Positions 13,199 to 22,604 of a stretch of DNA of 64,000 nucleotides are shown here, one piece after another (within the stretch, counting starts at the first letter, position 1; every line of letters begins with the position of its first letter). Under the pieces are notes generated by a model. The model did no database searches. It saw only the letters and a program-made list of their open reading frames with translations, and was not told the origin of the DNA. Source of the DNA: Roseibacillus sp. (GTDB lineage Bacteria; Verrucomicrobiota; Verrucomicrobiia; Verrucomicrobiales; Akkermansiaceae); the NCBI GenBank assembly GCA_051251855.1, contig JBPOGI010000001.1, positions 1,408,001-1,472,000 on the forward strand, in the 5' to 3' direction. Both the position numbers and the translations under genes were made by a program.

Positions 13199-14959
13199 CT
13201 ACATCTTTTCGGGGACTTGAATCCCCAACAACCCAAGCCCTTGCTTGAGAACCCGCGCCGTCACCTCACACAAAGTCAATCGCGAAGCCTTCGTAGGCCC
13301 TTCCGACTTCAACACGGGACAACTCTGGAAAAAGGAGTGATAAGCCCGGGCCAAGTCCAGCAAGTAACTCGCCAACACATTGGGCCTTAAATCCTCCAGA
13401 ACCTGCGGCACCACTTCACCATAACGCGCAATCATCCGCGCCAGGTGAACTTCTCGCTCATCTTCCAGAATTAAATCATCGCCCGCCAGCGCCACTTCTC
13501 CCTCTAACTTCCTGAAAATACTACGGCAGCGGACATAACTATACTGCAGATAAGGGGCGGTGTCTCCTTCAAGAGCCACCATCTTCTCGAGGTCATACAT
13601 GTAGTCCGACTCACGACGATGGGAAAGCTCCATGAATTTGATCGCACTCAAGCCAATCAATTCCGCCAGTTCTTCCTTCTCCTGAGCATCTTCCAAGAAA
13701 CTTTTCTCCGCCACCGACTTGCGCGCCGCTTCCACAGCATCATTGATGACATCCTGCAACTCCGGCAAATCGCCCGCACGCGTCTTCAGCGGCGTGCCGT
13801 CCTTACCGAGAATCGTTCCAAACTTCACATGCTGTAGCTCAGCCTCGCACCCCCGACGCTTCGCCACTTCAAAGAGCCTTGCAAAGTGCTCCTCCTGACG
13901 AAAGTCCACCACATACCAAATCACCTCCGCCTGCCACTCCTTCAAGCGGTAGTCGATGGTCGCGATATCGGTCGTAGCATAGTTAAAGCCGCCGTCACTC
14001 TTCCGAATAATAAAGGGATAATCCTCCACCCCCTCCTTGGTCGTCTTCAAGAACGGATCCTTCTTCGGAGGCAATTCACCTGCGGAAAAGACACAAATCG
14101 CCCCTTCGCTCTCACGAGCCATCCCCGAAGCCACCATCTCATCCACCACGGGTCCAAGCTGGTCATTATAGAAACTCTCGCCCAACCAGTGATCAAAACT
14201 CACATCCAAACGGTCATAAATCGCATTCAGACCCGCCTTCGACAACTCGATACAGCGCTGCCAAATGGCGGTATTCTCCTCATCGCCGCTCTGTAGCTTC
14301 ACCAACTCAGCCCGACACAAATTCGCAATCTCCTCGTCGGCCTTCGTCGAACTACTGCCCAGACGATACAAACGCAGCAGCTCACGCAACGGCTCTTCCT
14401 CCAGCGCCGCCTCATCCAGCTCCTTCTTCCAGGCCCACAAAACCATTCCAAATTGCGTGCCCCAATCCCCGATATGGTTATCCCGAATCACCTCATGACC
14501 CACGAAGCTCGTGATCCGTGCCAAAGACTCCCCAATCACCGTCGACCGGATATGGCCCACGTGCATCGGCTTGGCTACGTTCGGAGCAGAAAAATCTAAC
14601 ACAATCCTTTGAGGCTCTGCAACTAAAGGAATTCCCAACCTTTCATCCCGAAACGTCGCCCTCAGATGCTCCGCAAAGAAGGTCGGCTCCAGCTTAAAGT
14701 TGATAAAACCAGGCCCCGCTAAAGAGCAAACAGCCTTCCCCGCCAACTCAGATTCCAGCAATTCCAACACCTCTTCAGCCAGCACTCGTGGATTCTTCTT
14801 CGCCGCTTTCGCCAACATCATCGCCGCGTTCGACTGATAGTCCCCATGACGAATATCAGACGCCGCAACCACAGCCACGCGCCCAAGGTCATCGCCCTCA
14901 ATTCCCGCTTTCTCAAATGCCGCTACTAAAAGCCCACGCAAGGTGTCCGCCAAAGTCAT
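13199..14959 (-). CDS. argS: Arginine--tRNA ligase
   Basis: DFSAPNVAKPMHVGHIRS (HIGH), HIGDWGTQFG, GDTAPYLQY. Confidence 0.98.
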   Translation of the reverse strand: MTLADTLRGLLVAAFEKAGIEGDDLGRVAVVAASDIRHGDYQSNAAMMLAKAAKKNPRVLAEEVLELLESELAGKAVCSLAGPGFINFKLEPTFFAEHLRATFRDERLGIPLVAEPQRIVLDFSAPNVAKPMHVGHIRSTVIGESLARITSFVGHEVIRDNHIGDWGTQFGMVLWAWKKELDEAALEEEPLRELLRLYRLGSSSTKADEEIANLCRAELVKLQSGDEENTAIWQRCIELSKAGLNAIYDRLDVSFDHWLGESFYNDQLGPVVDEMVASGMARESEGAICVFSAGELPPKKDPFLKTTKEGVEDYPFIIRKSDGGFNYATTDIATIDYRLKEWQAEVIWYVVDFRQEEHFARLFEVAKRRGCEAELQHVKFGTILGKDGTPLKTRAGDLPELQDVINDAVEAARKSVAEKSFLEDAQEKEELAELIGLSAIKFMELSHRRESDYMYDLEKMVALEGDTAPYLQYSYVRCRSIFRKLEGEVALAGDDLILEDEREVHLARMIARYGEVVPQVLEDLRPNVLASYLLDLARAYHSFFQSCPVLKSEGPTKASRLTLCEVTARVLKQGLGLLGIQVPEKM

Positions 14960-15021
14960 GAGGGGTAGTTGCCTCCATTGCCTCTCTTTTTCAAGTCTTG
15001 CGTGAAGCGGAGAAGATGAGA

Positions 15022-15188
15022 ACCGCAGATGAACGCTGATAAACGCAGATTTGACGAGGTCGTATCATTTTTTGAAGAATATTGAATGAATCAGATTGAA
15101 GCTGAAATTCCGCTAAGACCCCATTCAATCCAAATTCCAAATAAGCAATGGTTCGTCAAATCTGCGTTCATCTGCGTTCATCTGCGGT
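15022..15188. repeat. MITE/REPIN-like element: 36-bp inverted arms built from three ~10-bp units around a 95-bp AT-rich spacer
   Basis: Left ACCGCAGATGAACGCTGATAAACGCAGATTTGACGA (15022-15057) vs right TCGTCAAATCTGCGTTCATCTGCGTTCATCTGCGGT (15153-15188): 34/36 complementary. Confidence 0.9.
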
Positions 15189-15242
15189 AAAAAAGACCAA
15201 AGAATCTTAGCCATTCCCAGTATCACTCCTCATACTTCCTCA

Positions 15243-16619
15243 ATGAAAACTCTCCTCATCCTCTTTCTCACCACCCTCCTCTGCTCCGCAAAGACGCCCC
15301 TCAACGTCATCGTCATCTTCACCGACGACCAAGGATACAACGACCTCGGCTGTTTCGGCTCCAAAATCATTAAGACCCCCCACCTCGACCAACTCGCCAA
15401 AGAAGGCAAAAAATTCACTTCCTTCTACGTCGCAAGCCCCGTGTGCTCCCCCTCCCGCGCCGCCCTCCTCACCGCCTGCTACCCCAAGCGCGTCGGCATG
15501 CATCGCCACGTCCTTTTCCCCAAATCCACCTACGGACTCAACCCCAAGGAACACACCCTCGCCGACCACTTCTCCTCCCACGGCTACGCCACCGCCTGCG
15601 TCGGCAAGTGGCACCTCGGCCACCTTCCCGAAGTCCTCCCCATTACCAACGGTTTCGACAGCTATTACGGCATTCCCTACTCCAACGACATGAATCACCC
15701 CGACAACAAGGGGAAGCCCAAGGGTGGCCATGACGGCATGGATGCCCTCTGGAACGATCCCGAAAGCACCCTCACCGCTTGGAAGACCCCGCTCATGGAG
15801 AACGAAAAAATCATCGAGCTCCCCGTCGACCAACGCACCATCACCCGTCGCTACACCGACAAGGCCATCGAATTCATTGAGAAAAACACCGCCGAAGAAA
15901 AGCCCTTCTTCCTCTACCTTCCTCACTCCATGCCCCACATCCCCCTCTACGTTCCCGACGAGATTCAGGACAAAGACCCCAAGCGCGCCTACATCAACGT
16001 CATCGAACACATCGACACCCAAGTCGGCCGCATCATCACCACCTTACGCGAGAAAAACATCGCCGAAAACACCCTCGTCATCTTCACCTCCGACAACGGC
16101 CCCTGGCTCCGCTTCAAACACCATGGCGGCTCTGCCCTCCCGCTCCGTGACGGTAAAGGAACCACTTTCGAAGGCGGCCAACGCGTCCCCTGCATCATGT
16201 GGGCTCCCAGTCGCATCGAACCCGACACCACCTGTGACCAAATCCTCTCCACCCTCGACCTTCTCCCCACCCTCGCAGCCCTCAGCAAAACCGAACTTTC
16301 GGTTGAACATAAAATCGACGGCCTTGACGCCTCCCAAACCATCCTCGCCAACGAGAAGTCACCTCGCGACGAATTCGTCTACTACACCTCTAGAGGCGAC
16401 CTTGCTGGCATCCGCAATGACCATTGGAAACTCCTCCAAACCGGCTCCGCCAGCAAGAAGAAGACCCTCCTCTTCAACCTCGCCAAAGACCTCTCCGAAA
16501 CCACCAACCTCGCCGCTGAGCACCCCGAAATCGTCACCCGCCTCACAGCCCGCATGATCGAAGTAGATGCCGAAATCACCACCAACGCCCGCCCAGTCTG
16601 GGGAACAATGAATCGGTAA
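15243..16619 (+). CDS. Secreted formylglycine-dependent sulfatase (S1)
   Basis: Signal peptide; FTDDQGY, CSPSRAALLT, GKWHLG, FTSDNG. Confidence 0.95.
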   Translation: MKTLLILFLTTLLCSAKTPLNVIVIFTDDQGYNDLGCFGSKIIKTPHLDQLAKEGKKFTSFYVASPVCSPSRAALLTACYPKRVGMHRHVLFPKSTYGLNPKEHTLADHFSSHGYATACVGKWHLGHLPEVLPITNGFDSYYGIPYSNDMNHPDNKGKPKGGHDGMDALWNDPESTLTAWKTPLMENEKIIELPVDQRTITRRYTDKAIEFIEKNTAEEKPFFLYLPHSMPHIPLYVPDEIQDKDPKRAYINVIEHIDTQVGRIITTLREKNIAENTLVIFTSDNGPWLRFKHHGGSALPLRDGKGTTFEGGQRVPCIMWAPSRIEPDTTCDQILSTLDLLPTLAALSKTELSVEHKIDGLDASQTILANEKSPRDEFVYYTSRGDLAGIRNDHWKLLQTGSASKKKTLLFNLAKDLSETTNLAAEHPEIVTRLTARMIEVDAEITTNARPVWGTMNR

Positions 16620-16630
16620 CCGGGACCGTC

Positions 16631-16737
16631 ACTGGGACCGCTGGTCTTCGACCGGCCCCAACGGTTGATTATTGCGGCTGCGAACAGGAGAGTTTTGACG
16701 ATGGCAGCGGGGCCGGTCACAGACCAGCGCTCCCAGT
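16631..16737. repeat. REPIN-like inverted REP doublet
   Basis: ACTGGGACCGCTGGTCTTCGACCGGCCCC (16631-16659) and GGGGCCGGTCACAGACCAGCGCTCCCAGT (16709-16737): 26/29 complementary; each arm is itself a small hairpin. Confidence 0.88.
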
Positions 16738-16759
16738 CCGAACCCAACAGACAGAGAAC

Positions 16760-16787
16760 CTTCGTGCCCTTCGCCCCCTTCACGGTT
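16760..16787. repeat. Triple 9-bp periodic repeat ending in GGTT (orphan arm)
   Basis: CTTCGTGCC-CTTCGCCCC-CTTCACGGTT. Confidence 0.6.
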
Positions 16788-16804
16788 AATCATCAGAACA
16801 GCGC

Positions 16805-17827
16805 ATGACCGACCCTTTCGACCCCAAAACGGCTCCCGAAGAAGACACCCCCTTCGACGTCTCCCTGCGCCCCCCCGACTTCGACGACTTTCACGGTCAG
16901 GAAAAAGTCAAAGACCGCCTCATCCTCATGGTCGAAGCCGCCAAGCAACGCGACGACGTCCTCGAACACGTCCTTCTCTCCGGCCCTCCCGGACTCGGCA
17001 AAACCACCCTCGCCAACATCATCGCTGCCGCCACCGGCACCACTCTCCACACCACCTCCGGCCCGCAAATCGAAAAAGCCGGAGACCTCGCCGGCATCCT
17101 CACCAACCTGCAAAAAGGCGACCTCCTCTTCATCGACGAGATTCACCGCCTCCACCCCGCCATCGAGGAATACCTCTACCCCGCCATGGAGGACTACCGA
17201 CTCGACATCATCATCGACTCCGGCCCCTCCGCTCGTTCCATCCAACTCAACCTTCCCAAGTTCACCCTTGTTGCCGCCACCACCCGCGCTGGCAAACTCA
17301 CCGCCCCTCTCCGCTCCCGCTTCGGCCTCATCAACCGCCTCGACTACTACACCGCAGAAGAACTCGCCCACATCATTCGCCGCACCGCCGACATCATCGA
17401 CGTCCCCATCGACACCGAAGGCTCTGTCGAAATCGCGCGCCGTTCCCGAGGCACCCCGCGCATCGCCAACAACCTTCTCCGTTGGGTACGCGACTATGCA
17501 CAAGTCCGCGCCCAAGGCGACATCACCGGCCCCGTCGCCATCGCCGCCCTCGGCATGATCGACATCGACTCCGACGGCCTCGACGAAATGGACAAGCGCC
17601 TCTTAGAAGCCCTCATCTACAAATTCCAAGGCGGACCCTGCGGTCTGAAAACCCTCGCCACCGCCCTCGGCGAAGACGAATCCACCCTAGAAGAAGTGCA
17701 CGAACCCTTCCTCATCATGCAAGGCTTCCTCAAACGCACCCCCCGCGGCCGCGTCGCCCTCCCCCCCGCCTACCAAAAAATCGGAGCCGAACCACCCAGC
17801 CCCGATGGCCAAGCAGCTCTCCTCTAA
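16805..17827 (+). CDS. ruvB: Holliday junction branch migration DNA helicase
   Basis: [39 protein letters not shown]. Confidence 0.98.
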   Translation: MTDPFDPKTAPEEDTPFDVSLRPPDFDDFHGQEKVKDRLILMVEAAKQRDDVLEHVLLSGPPGLGKTTLANIIAAATGTTLHTTSGPQIEKAGDLAGILTNLQKGDLLFIDEIHRLHPAIEEYLYPAMEDYRLDIIIDSGPSARSIQLNLPKFTLVAATTRAGKLTAPLRSRFGLINRLDYYTAEELAHIIRRTADIIDVPIDTEGSVEIARRSRGTPRIANNLLRWVRDYAQVRAQGDITGPVAIAALGMIDIDSDGLDEMDKRLLEALIYKFQGGPCGLKTLATALGEDESTLEEVHEPFLIMQGFLKRTPRGRVALPPAYQKIGAEPPSPDGQAALL

Positions 17828-17910
17828 AAAACGGACAGTACGGAACGCAGGTTGATATGCCCTTTGGGTGCTTCAGCACGCCCCGCCGGTCCGTTCACGA
17901 AAAAGTCAGC

Positions 17911-18249
17911 CTACTTCTTTTTTGAGTCCTCAGCCTTGACCTTCTTCTTCAACACCAGCATTCCCGTCTTCGTCTCAGAGACCACCCGATCCACTGGCAC
18001 TTTCGCGAGCGGCTTGCCTTTCGGATTTTTGGGATCTTTGGCAAAGTAATACATCGTCCGCACCTTCGTTGAATTCTTAAGCTTCACCTCTGTTGAAAAA
18101 AGGTAGTATGTCTTGCCCTTCGAATTGGTGTGCGCATACGGACCGGCAGCCTTTGCTGATTCGGGTGCCTGCTTGGATTCCTCAGCCTGTGAATAGGACG
18201 CGGAACAAACGAGCACCAGGATGACTAGGAGGTTTTTTAATGAGTTCAT
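17911..18249 (-). CDS. Small basic hypothetical protein with signal peptide
   Basis: MNSLKNLLVILVLVCSASYSQA signal; YAHTNSKGKTYYL...MYYFAK...SETKTGMLVLKK domain. Confidence 0.75.
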   Translation of the reverse strand: MNSLKNLLVILVLVCSASYSQAEESKQAPESAKAAGPYAHTNSKGKTYYLFSTEVKLKNSTKVRTMYYFAKDPKNPKGKPLAKVPVDRVVSETKTGMLVLKKKVKAEDSKKK

Positions 18250-18402
18250 CGTCTCGAGCTTATTCCCAAGCGCCTTAAAAGCGACTACCATTTTCAGAGC
18301 TCATCTACTAATCCACCTGCAGAGCGCCCACACAGCACAGAGTTTCTACATTGCAAAATGGGTCAAAGAAGAGAGGCTTTTCTCACCCAATCATCATATT
18401 CC

Positions 18403-19230
18403 ATGAACAACCTTTTCCCCGTCTTCATTCTCGTTTCGCTTTCAATGGTCGCGAAATCACAAATCCAAGTGGCTTGGCAATATGATTTCGATGTGAGCCA
18501 AACTGACAACCCCACCTTGGAATTTTCCATTTCGCAGATTCGAACCTCAGCATCGAATTACTGTTTGGCCGAGTATCGAGCCAGTGATGGCGACACTCCA
18601 GTGGAACAGCGACTCGTGTTCTTGGACCCTGCGGGCAATCAGCTTTGGATGAGCGAAAACATCACTACTACCTATGGGCTCCCCTTATCCTCATCCTTCA
18701 ATGATATTGAGATCCAACGTGTCGGAGCAGGGTCACTCACGGTCGGAATCCTCTCCATTTTTGAGGAAAGCGATCTGTTTGCAAGCGAGAGCATCCTTCG
18801 ATTCGCTCAGGATGCCAGTCCTCAGGTTTTGACCCTAGACCTCGCTCCGGGAGAATATCTAGCGCTTCAAAAAGTAGATCCCGTCCAAGACTTCACTTAC
18901 GATGTTCCCGCTTCTACCTCCGGAGAAAACGGATTTTTCACGACCGGATTTTTAGCTGAATCAGCAAGCGCTGAAAGCATTCGCCGCTACCTATTCTCAG
19001 CAACTCCTTCCTTGGATATCGTCACCACCGCAGGTGTTTCCTCTGGAAGCGCAGTTCTGGTTTGGGAGGGAGAGGCAGGAGCCAGCTACCAAGTTCAAAG
19101 AACAACCGACCTGTCGGACTCCGAGTCTTGGGTCAATCTGAGCGGCTTAATTTCTGGTAACGGAGCGACTCAAACCTGGGCCTCAGAAATCCAAAGTGCG
19201 AGTGCGTTCTTCCGCTTGATCCAATTATAG
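18403..19230 (+). CDS. Secreted hypothetical protein with Verrucomicrobia-type C-terminal module
   Basis: Signal peptide from ATG 18403; C-terminus YQVQRTTDLSDSESW...AFFRL. Confidence 0.75.
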   Translation: MNNLFPVFILVSLSMVAKSQIQVAWQYDFDVSQTDNPTLEFSISQIRTSASNYCLAEYRASDGDTPVEQRLVFLDPAGNQLWMSENITTTYGLPLSSSFNDIEIQRVGAGSLTVGILSIFEESDLFASESILRFAQDASPQVLTLDLAPGEYLALQKVDPVQDFTYDVPASTSGENGFFTTGFLAESASAESIRRYLFSATPSLDIVTTAGVSSGSAVLVWEGEAGASYQVQRTTDLSDSESWVNLSGLISGNGATQTWASEIQSASAFFRLIQL

Positions 19231-19310
19231 CTTGCGAAACGTGGATTTCCAAAAAAGAGCAAGCCAGAGCCTTAGCTCCAACTTGCGCTCGTATTCAAGA
19301 AGGTGGTTCT

Positions 19311-19682
19311 CTAGCTCAGGCTATGCAGCCCCACATTGTTCCCCTCGCTGTCCTCGAAGACCGCGATGAAGCCATGGGGAGGAATCGCCATTTTTTCTAA
19401 TACAATCTTCCCTTCCGCCTCTTGGATCCGCGCGACCACCGCGTCGAGTTCACCCTCTACATTCAAGTAGATCAGAGTTCCACCCGGTCCCGGCTGACAA
19501 TGCTCAATCTTCATCAAGGCTCCACCCACGCCCTCCTTCTCATCGCAAGGAAAAGCAGCCATCTCGCACATTTCCGATGGCATATCGGTCAAGGTCACGC
19601 CCAAAATCTTCTCATAAAAGGCCTTCGCTCTCTCCAGATCAGCCACATAAATCTCAAACCAATTCAACGCATTCTTTTTCAT
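19311..19682 (-). CDS. VOC/glyoxalase family protein
   Basis: WFEIYVADLERAKAFY, GVGGAL, FEDSEGN.VGLHS. Confidence 0.92.
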   Translation of the reverse strand: MKKNALNWFEIYVADLERAKAFYEKILGVTLTDMPSEMCEMAAFPCDEKEGVGGALMKIEHCQPGPGGTLIYLNVEGELDAVVARIQEAEGKIVLEKMAIPPHGFIAVFEDSEGNNVGLHSLS

Positions 19683-19739
19683 AATCTGTTTCTATTTAGA
19701 ATCCACTCAATGAATTCGATTCCATAGAAACATATCCCA

Positions 19740-19757
19740 CTGACAACCCTATGTCAG
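19740..19757. promoter_or_regulatory. Candidate operator of the WYL regulator, upstream of the VOC gene
   Basis: Perfect dyad CTGACA-N6-TGTCAG overlapping the regulator's stop codon. Confidence 0.65.
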
Positions 19758-20734
19758 GAGGATTTCACCGACTTCAATCCTTCAACATCCTCAGTGAAAT
19801 ATTGGGCAGCAACCTCCTGCGCATTCAACTTCACCTTTTCCACCAACTCATCGGGAGAAATCGCTCTCACCCCTGTCCCCAAGCCCAGCAGCCACGCCGC
19901 GAGCCAATCAATCGAATAAGCCCCTGCACGCAACCGAGCCCCTCCATTTGGCAAATCCTCTCGTTCGATAAGGCGCGCAGGCATCTCCGACAGTAATCTC
20001 TCCAAAGCCCATCTCTCGCACTCAAGGGTCACCTCCCTCAGCGCATCTGCATGGACATCACCCTCAAGAAACTCCATCACCGAGAAATCCTCATGCCCTA
20101 CGAACCCTTCTTCCATGACCTCCCAGCTTCGAACCCGGTCCAAGCGAAAATTCCGCATCGCCTGCCGCATTCGACACCAAGCTAACAAATGCCAACACCC
20201 ACCATAGAAGACCACCCCCAGCGCCTCTACCACTCGTTCCGAAATTTCTCCCTTCGAAGCGGTATCATAGCGCAACGAAAGACACTTTCTCCGCACCACC
20301 GCTTCCTGCACCGACATCAACGACTGCACCTCCTCCAAGGTTCTATTTCCGCCCCAAACACTCACCGAATTCCCCAGCCGCGATAAGTAATCCTTCTTCT
20401 CCTCCGGAAGAACTGACCGCACCTTCAACAACGCCCCTTGCAGCGAACGCTTCAAAGATTCATCTCCGAACTGCTCCACCAACTCACCGCTCATAAAGAG
20501 AGCGGCAGCTTCCTCTTCAGTGAACATAATGGGTGGCATGTGATAACCGCGCATCAAACTATAGCCCACCCCCGCCTCTGCCACGATGGGAACTCCCACT
20601 TCCCCCAACGAAGCAATATCGCGGTAGACCGTCCTGACCGAAATTTCAAAATGCTCTCCAATCTGGTCAGCCGTCACTACGCGCCGCCCTTGCAGCATCA
20701 GAATCATCGCAGTCAGACGGTCAATACGATTCAT
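19754..20734 (-). CDS. YafY-family HTH-WYL-WCX transcriptional regulator
   Basis: MNRIDRL..., FEISVRTVYRDI (HTH_11), WHLLAWCRMRQAMRNFRLDRV (WYL); start ATG 20734. Confidence 0.93.
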   Translation of the reverse strand: MNRIDRLTAMILMLQGRRVVTADQIGEHFEISVRTVYRDIASLGEVGVPIVAEAGVGYSLMRGYHMPPIMFTEEEAAALFMSGELVEQFGDESLKRSLQGALLKVRSVLPEEKKDYLSRLGNSVSVWGGNRTLEEVQSLMSVQEAVVRRKCLSLRYDTASKGEISERVVEALGVVFYGGCWHLLAWCRMRQAMRNFRLDRVRSWEVMEEGFVGHEDFSVMEFLEGDVHADALREVTLECERWALERLLSEMPARLIEREDLPNGGARLRAGAYSIDWLAAWLLGLGTGVRAISPDELVEKVKLNAQEVAAQYFTEDVEGLKSVKSS

Positions 20735-20986
20735 CGTATCTATACTTTCCCCATCATCCCTCCATGAGGCAACGAAAATCTCACTCTCCGCCATGAAAGA
20801 ATCGAGCAGCAAAAAACTGGCTAGATAGGAGAGGACCTCTTTTTCTTCCAGCAAGAATCCTAAGCCTGAAGTTAGAAGAAAGTTGCAAGAATCAGCTTAA
20901 GTATCAAATCCGCATAAGAACGATTTTCCTCATCCCATGAGGCGATCAGCCTCGGATCGAGTAATCAACCAAAGCCAATTTTTTCC

Positions 20987-22054
20987 ATGTCTCATATCCT
21001 TCCAAATACAAGCAGAGCATTCGATGTCCCTCGTCGCAGTTTCCTTTTCAGCACTCGACTCAGACTCACTTGCCTCCTTCTCGCTGGACTGGGTTTTACG
21101 AGATTCGTCTCAGCAGAGGATTCTCAAACCATCCTGAAACCGCGACTCGCTGGCGACTATGTAAACATCTATCAACCCGTTGGAGACGTATTCCCCGGAC
21201 CATCGACAGAAGAATTGGAGGCCGGAAAATTTTACAAGGAATGGGTGCCAAACGACCATTGTTTTGTTCGAAGCAAATCAGGACGCTGGCACTCTTTTGG
21301 AATCACCCACCCTCGTACGAGTCTCGACCGAATTCACGATGGTGAAGTGCTTTCTTTTCATGCCTTGGCACCCGAAGGTCCCTTGTCCGCTATTCTCGAA
21401 GAGGGCAGCTGGGAAGATCAACCGAAAGTTCTTCCCCCCTCGCAGCGACCGGGAGAACCCTTACCGAATCACGCACCCTACATCATTCGCCGCGAAGGCC
21501 TCTTTCATATGATTTACGGTCCCACCCCGATGCGGCTAGCCGTTTCTGAGGACCTGAATCAGTGGACGCCCAAGGGAAATTTGGAAAACGCGCCCGAAGG
21601 TCGCGATCCCAGTATCTTCATCCACGATGGCACCTACTATCTCGTGGTGTGCGATGAGGGCAAAGTCCACGTCTCGACTTCCACCGATTTCAAGTCGTGG
21701 AAACGGCAAGGAGTAATCGTCGAAATGCCCGAGGGAACCGATCCCGAATCACCCTCGATCATTCAACTTGGCGACCGCTTCTACCTTTTTGTCTGTGGCT
21801 GGGACGGAAACTGGGACAAGAAAGAATTACAGGGTGCCTATCAACACAAAACATACGTCTACATGTCCCGCAACCCATTGCTCTTTGAACAGCAAATCGC
21901 AGTGCTCGATGCTCACGCACCCGAGATTTTTCAAGACGAAGTGGGAGATTGGTTTATCTCAAGTGCAGAGTGGCCATATCGCGGAGTGAGTATTGCCCCC
22001 TTGGCTTGGGACTCTATTCCAGCGCCAGATTCTTCTCCGTCTCTCGATAAGTAA
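20987..22054 (+). CDS. Putative five-bladed beta-propeller glycoside hydrolase (GH32/43/68-like), probably exported
   Basis: PNDH, HAP, GRDP, ESP and HAPE motifs; hydrophobic N-terminal segment; start uncertain. Confidence 0.7.
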   Translation: MSHILPNTSRAFDVPRRSFLFSTRLRLTCLLLAGLGFTRFVSAEDSQTILKPRLAGDYVNIYQPVGDVFPGPSTEELEAGKFYKEWVPNDHCFVRSKSGRWHSFGITHPRTSLDRIHDGEVLSFHALAPEGPLSAILEEGSWEDQPKVLPPSQRPGEPLPNHAPYIIRREGLFHMIYGPTPMRLAVSEDLNQWTPKGNLENAPEGRDPSIFIHDGTYYLVVCDEGKVHVSTSTDFKSWKRQGVIVEMPEGTDPESPSIIQLGDRFYLFVCGWDGNWDKKELQGAYQHKTYVYMSRNPLLFEQQIAVLDAHAPEIFQDEVGDWFISSAEWPYRGVSIAPLAWDSIPAPDSSPSLDK

Positions 22055-22112
22055 AGCCGAGGTCTCTTTTGAGAAAGACCGACTCAACTCTTCGATTAAA
22101 CCAGACGCTTCT

Positions 22113-22604
22113 TTAAGGCCCCTTTCTCCGCTGACTCGGAGAAACCGGTCCTCTCATCTGCACCACATTCCGTTCATTCGCGATTCGCAGGTTTTCAGCT
22201 CGATCCCGCTGTATTCCTTGCACCGCAGCCCCCACTCCAGCCCAAAAAACGGAAATCAACAATACGAACGGATTCCAAAACACTCCCCACAATGCCAGAA
22301 CCGGCGAAGCCATCGCTAAAATCACCAGTCCGCTTAGCAGCAGCATCACCCTACGCCCCGTCCCCGGAGTCCCATCCAGCGCGAGAACAATGCCAAAGGT
22401 GAAAATCACCAACGCCAACAACGAAGCCGGCGAACTCGAGCCCATTGCCTCCATCTTAGGAAATCCCCGCCCCTGGTAAGCAGCCAAAAGACCTTCTCCA
22501 AAATGAGACCCCGCGCCCAACAAGAGACATACCAATCCAACTACGAGCCCCATTCCGGCAGCGAGCCAAAGAGTCGGAGAAATGAGTGGATTGCGTGAAT
22601 TCAT
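22113..22604 (-). CDS. Hypothetical membrane protein (about 4 TM)
   Basis: Hydrophobic ORF translationally coupled (ATGA overlap) to the ClpX-like gene. Confidence 0.7.
   Translation of the reverse strand: MNSRNPLISPTLWLAAGMGLVVGLVCLLLGAGSHFGEGLLAAYQGRGFPKMEAMGSSSPASLLALVIFTFGIVLALDGTPGTGRRVMLLLSGLVILAMASPVLALWGVFWNPFVLLISVFWAGVGAAVQGIQRDRAENLRIANERNVVQMRGPVSPSQRRKGP

Noticed and set aside
15240..17925. Long antisense and alternative-frame ORFs over the sulfatase and ruvB (also over thiC, GH1 and the second sulfatase)
   Set aside because: Shadow ORFs caused by C-ending codon bias; low complexity with no recognisable motifs
19311..20734. WYL gene as a marker of a phage-defence island
   Set aside because: It is the YafY type paired with a VOC gene, with no defence genes adjacent
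20735..20854. Upstream extension of the WYL ORF to 20854
   Set aside because: The family-typical start MNRIDRL begins at 20734
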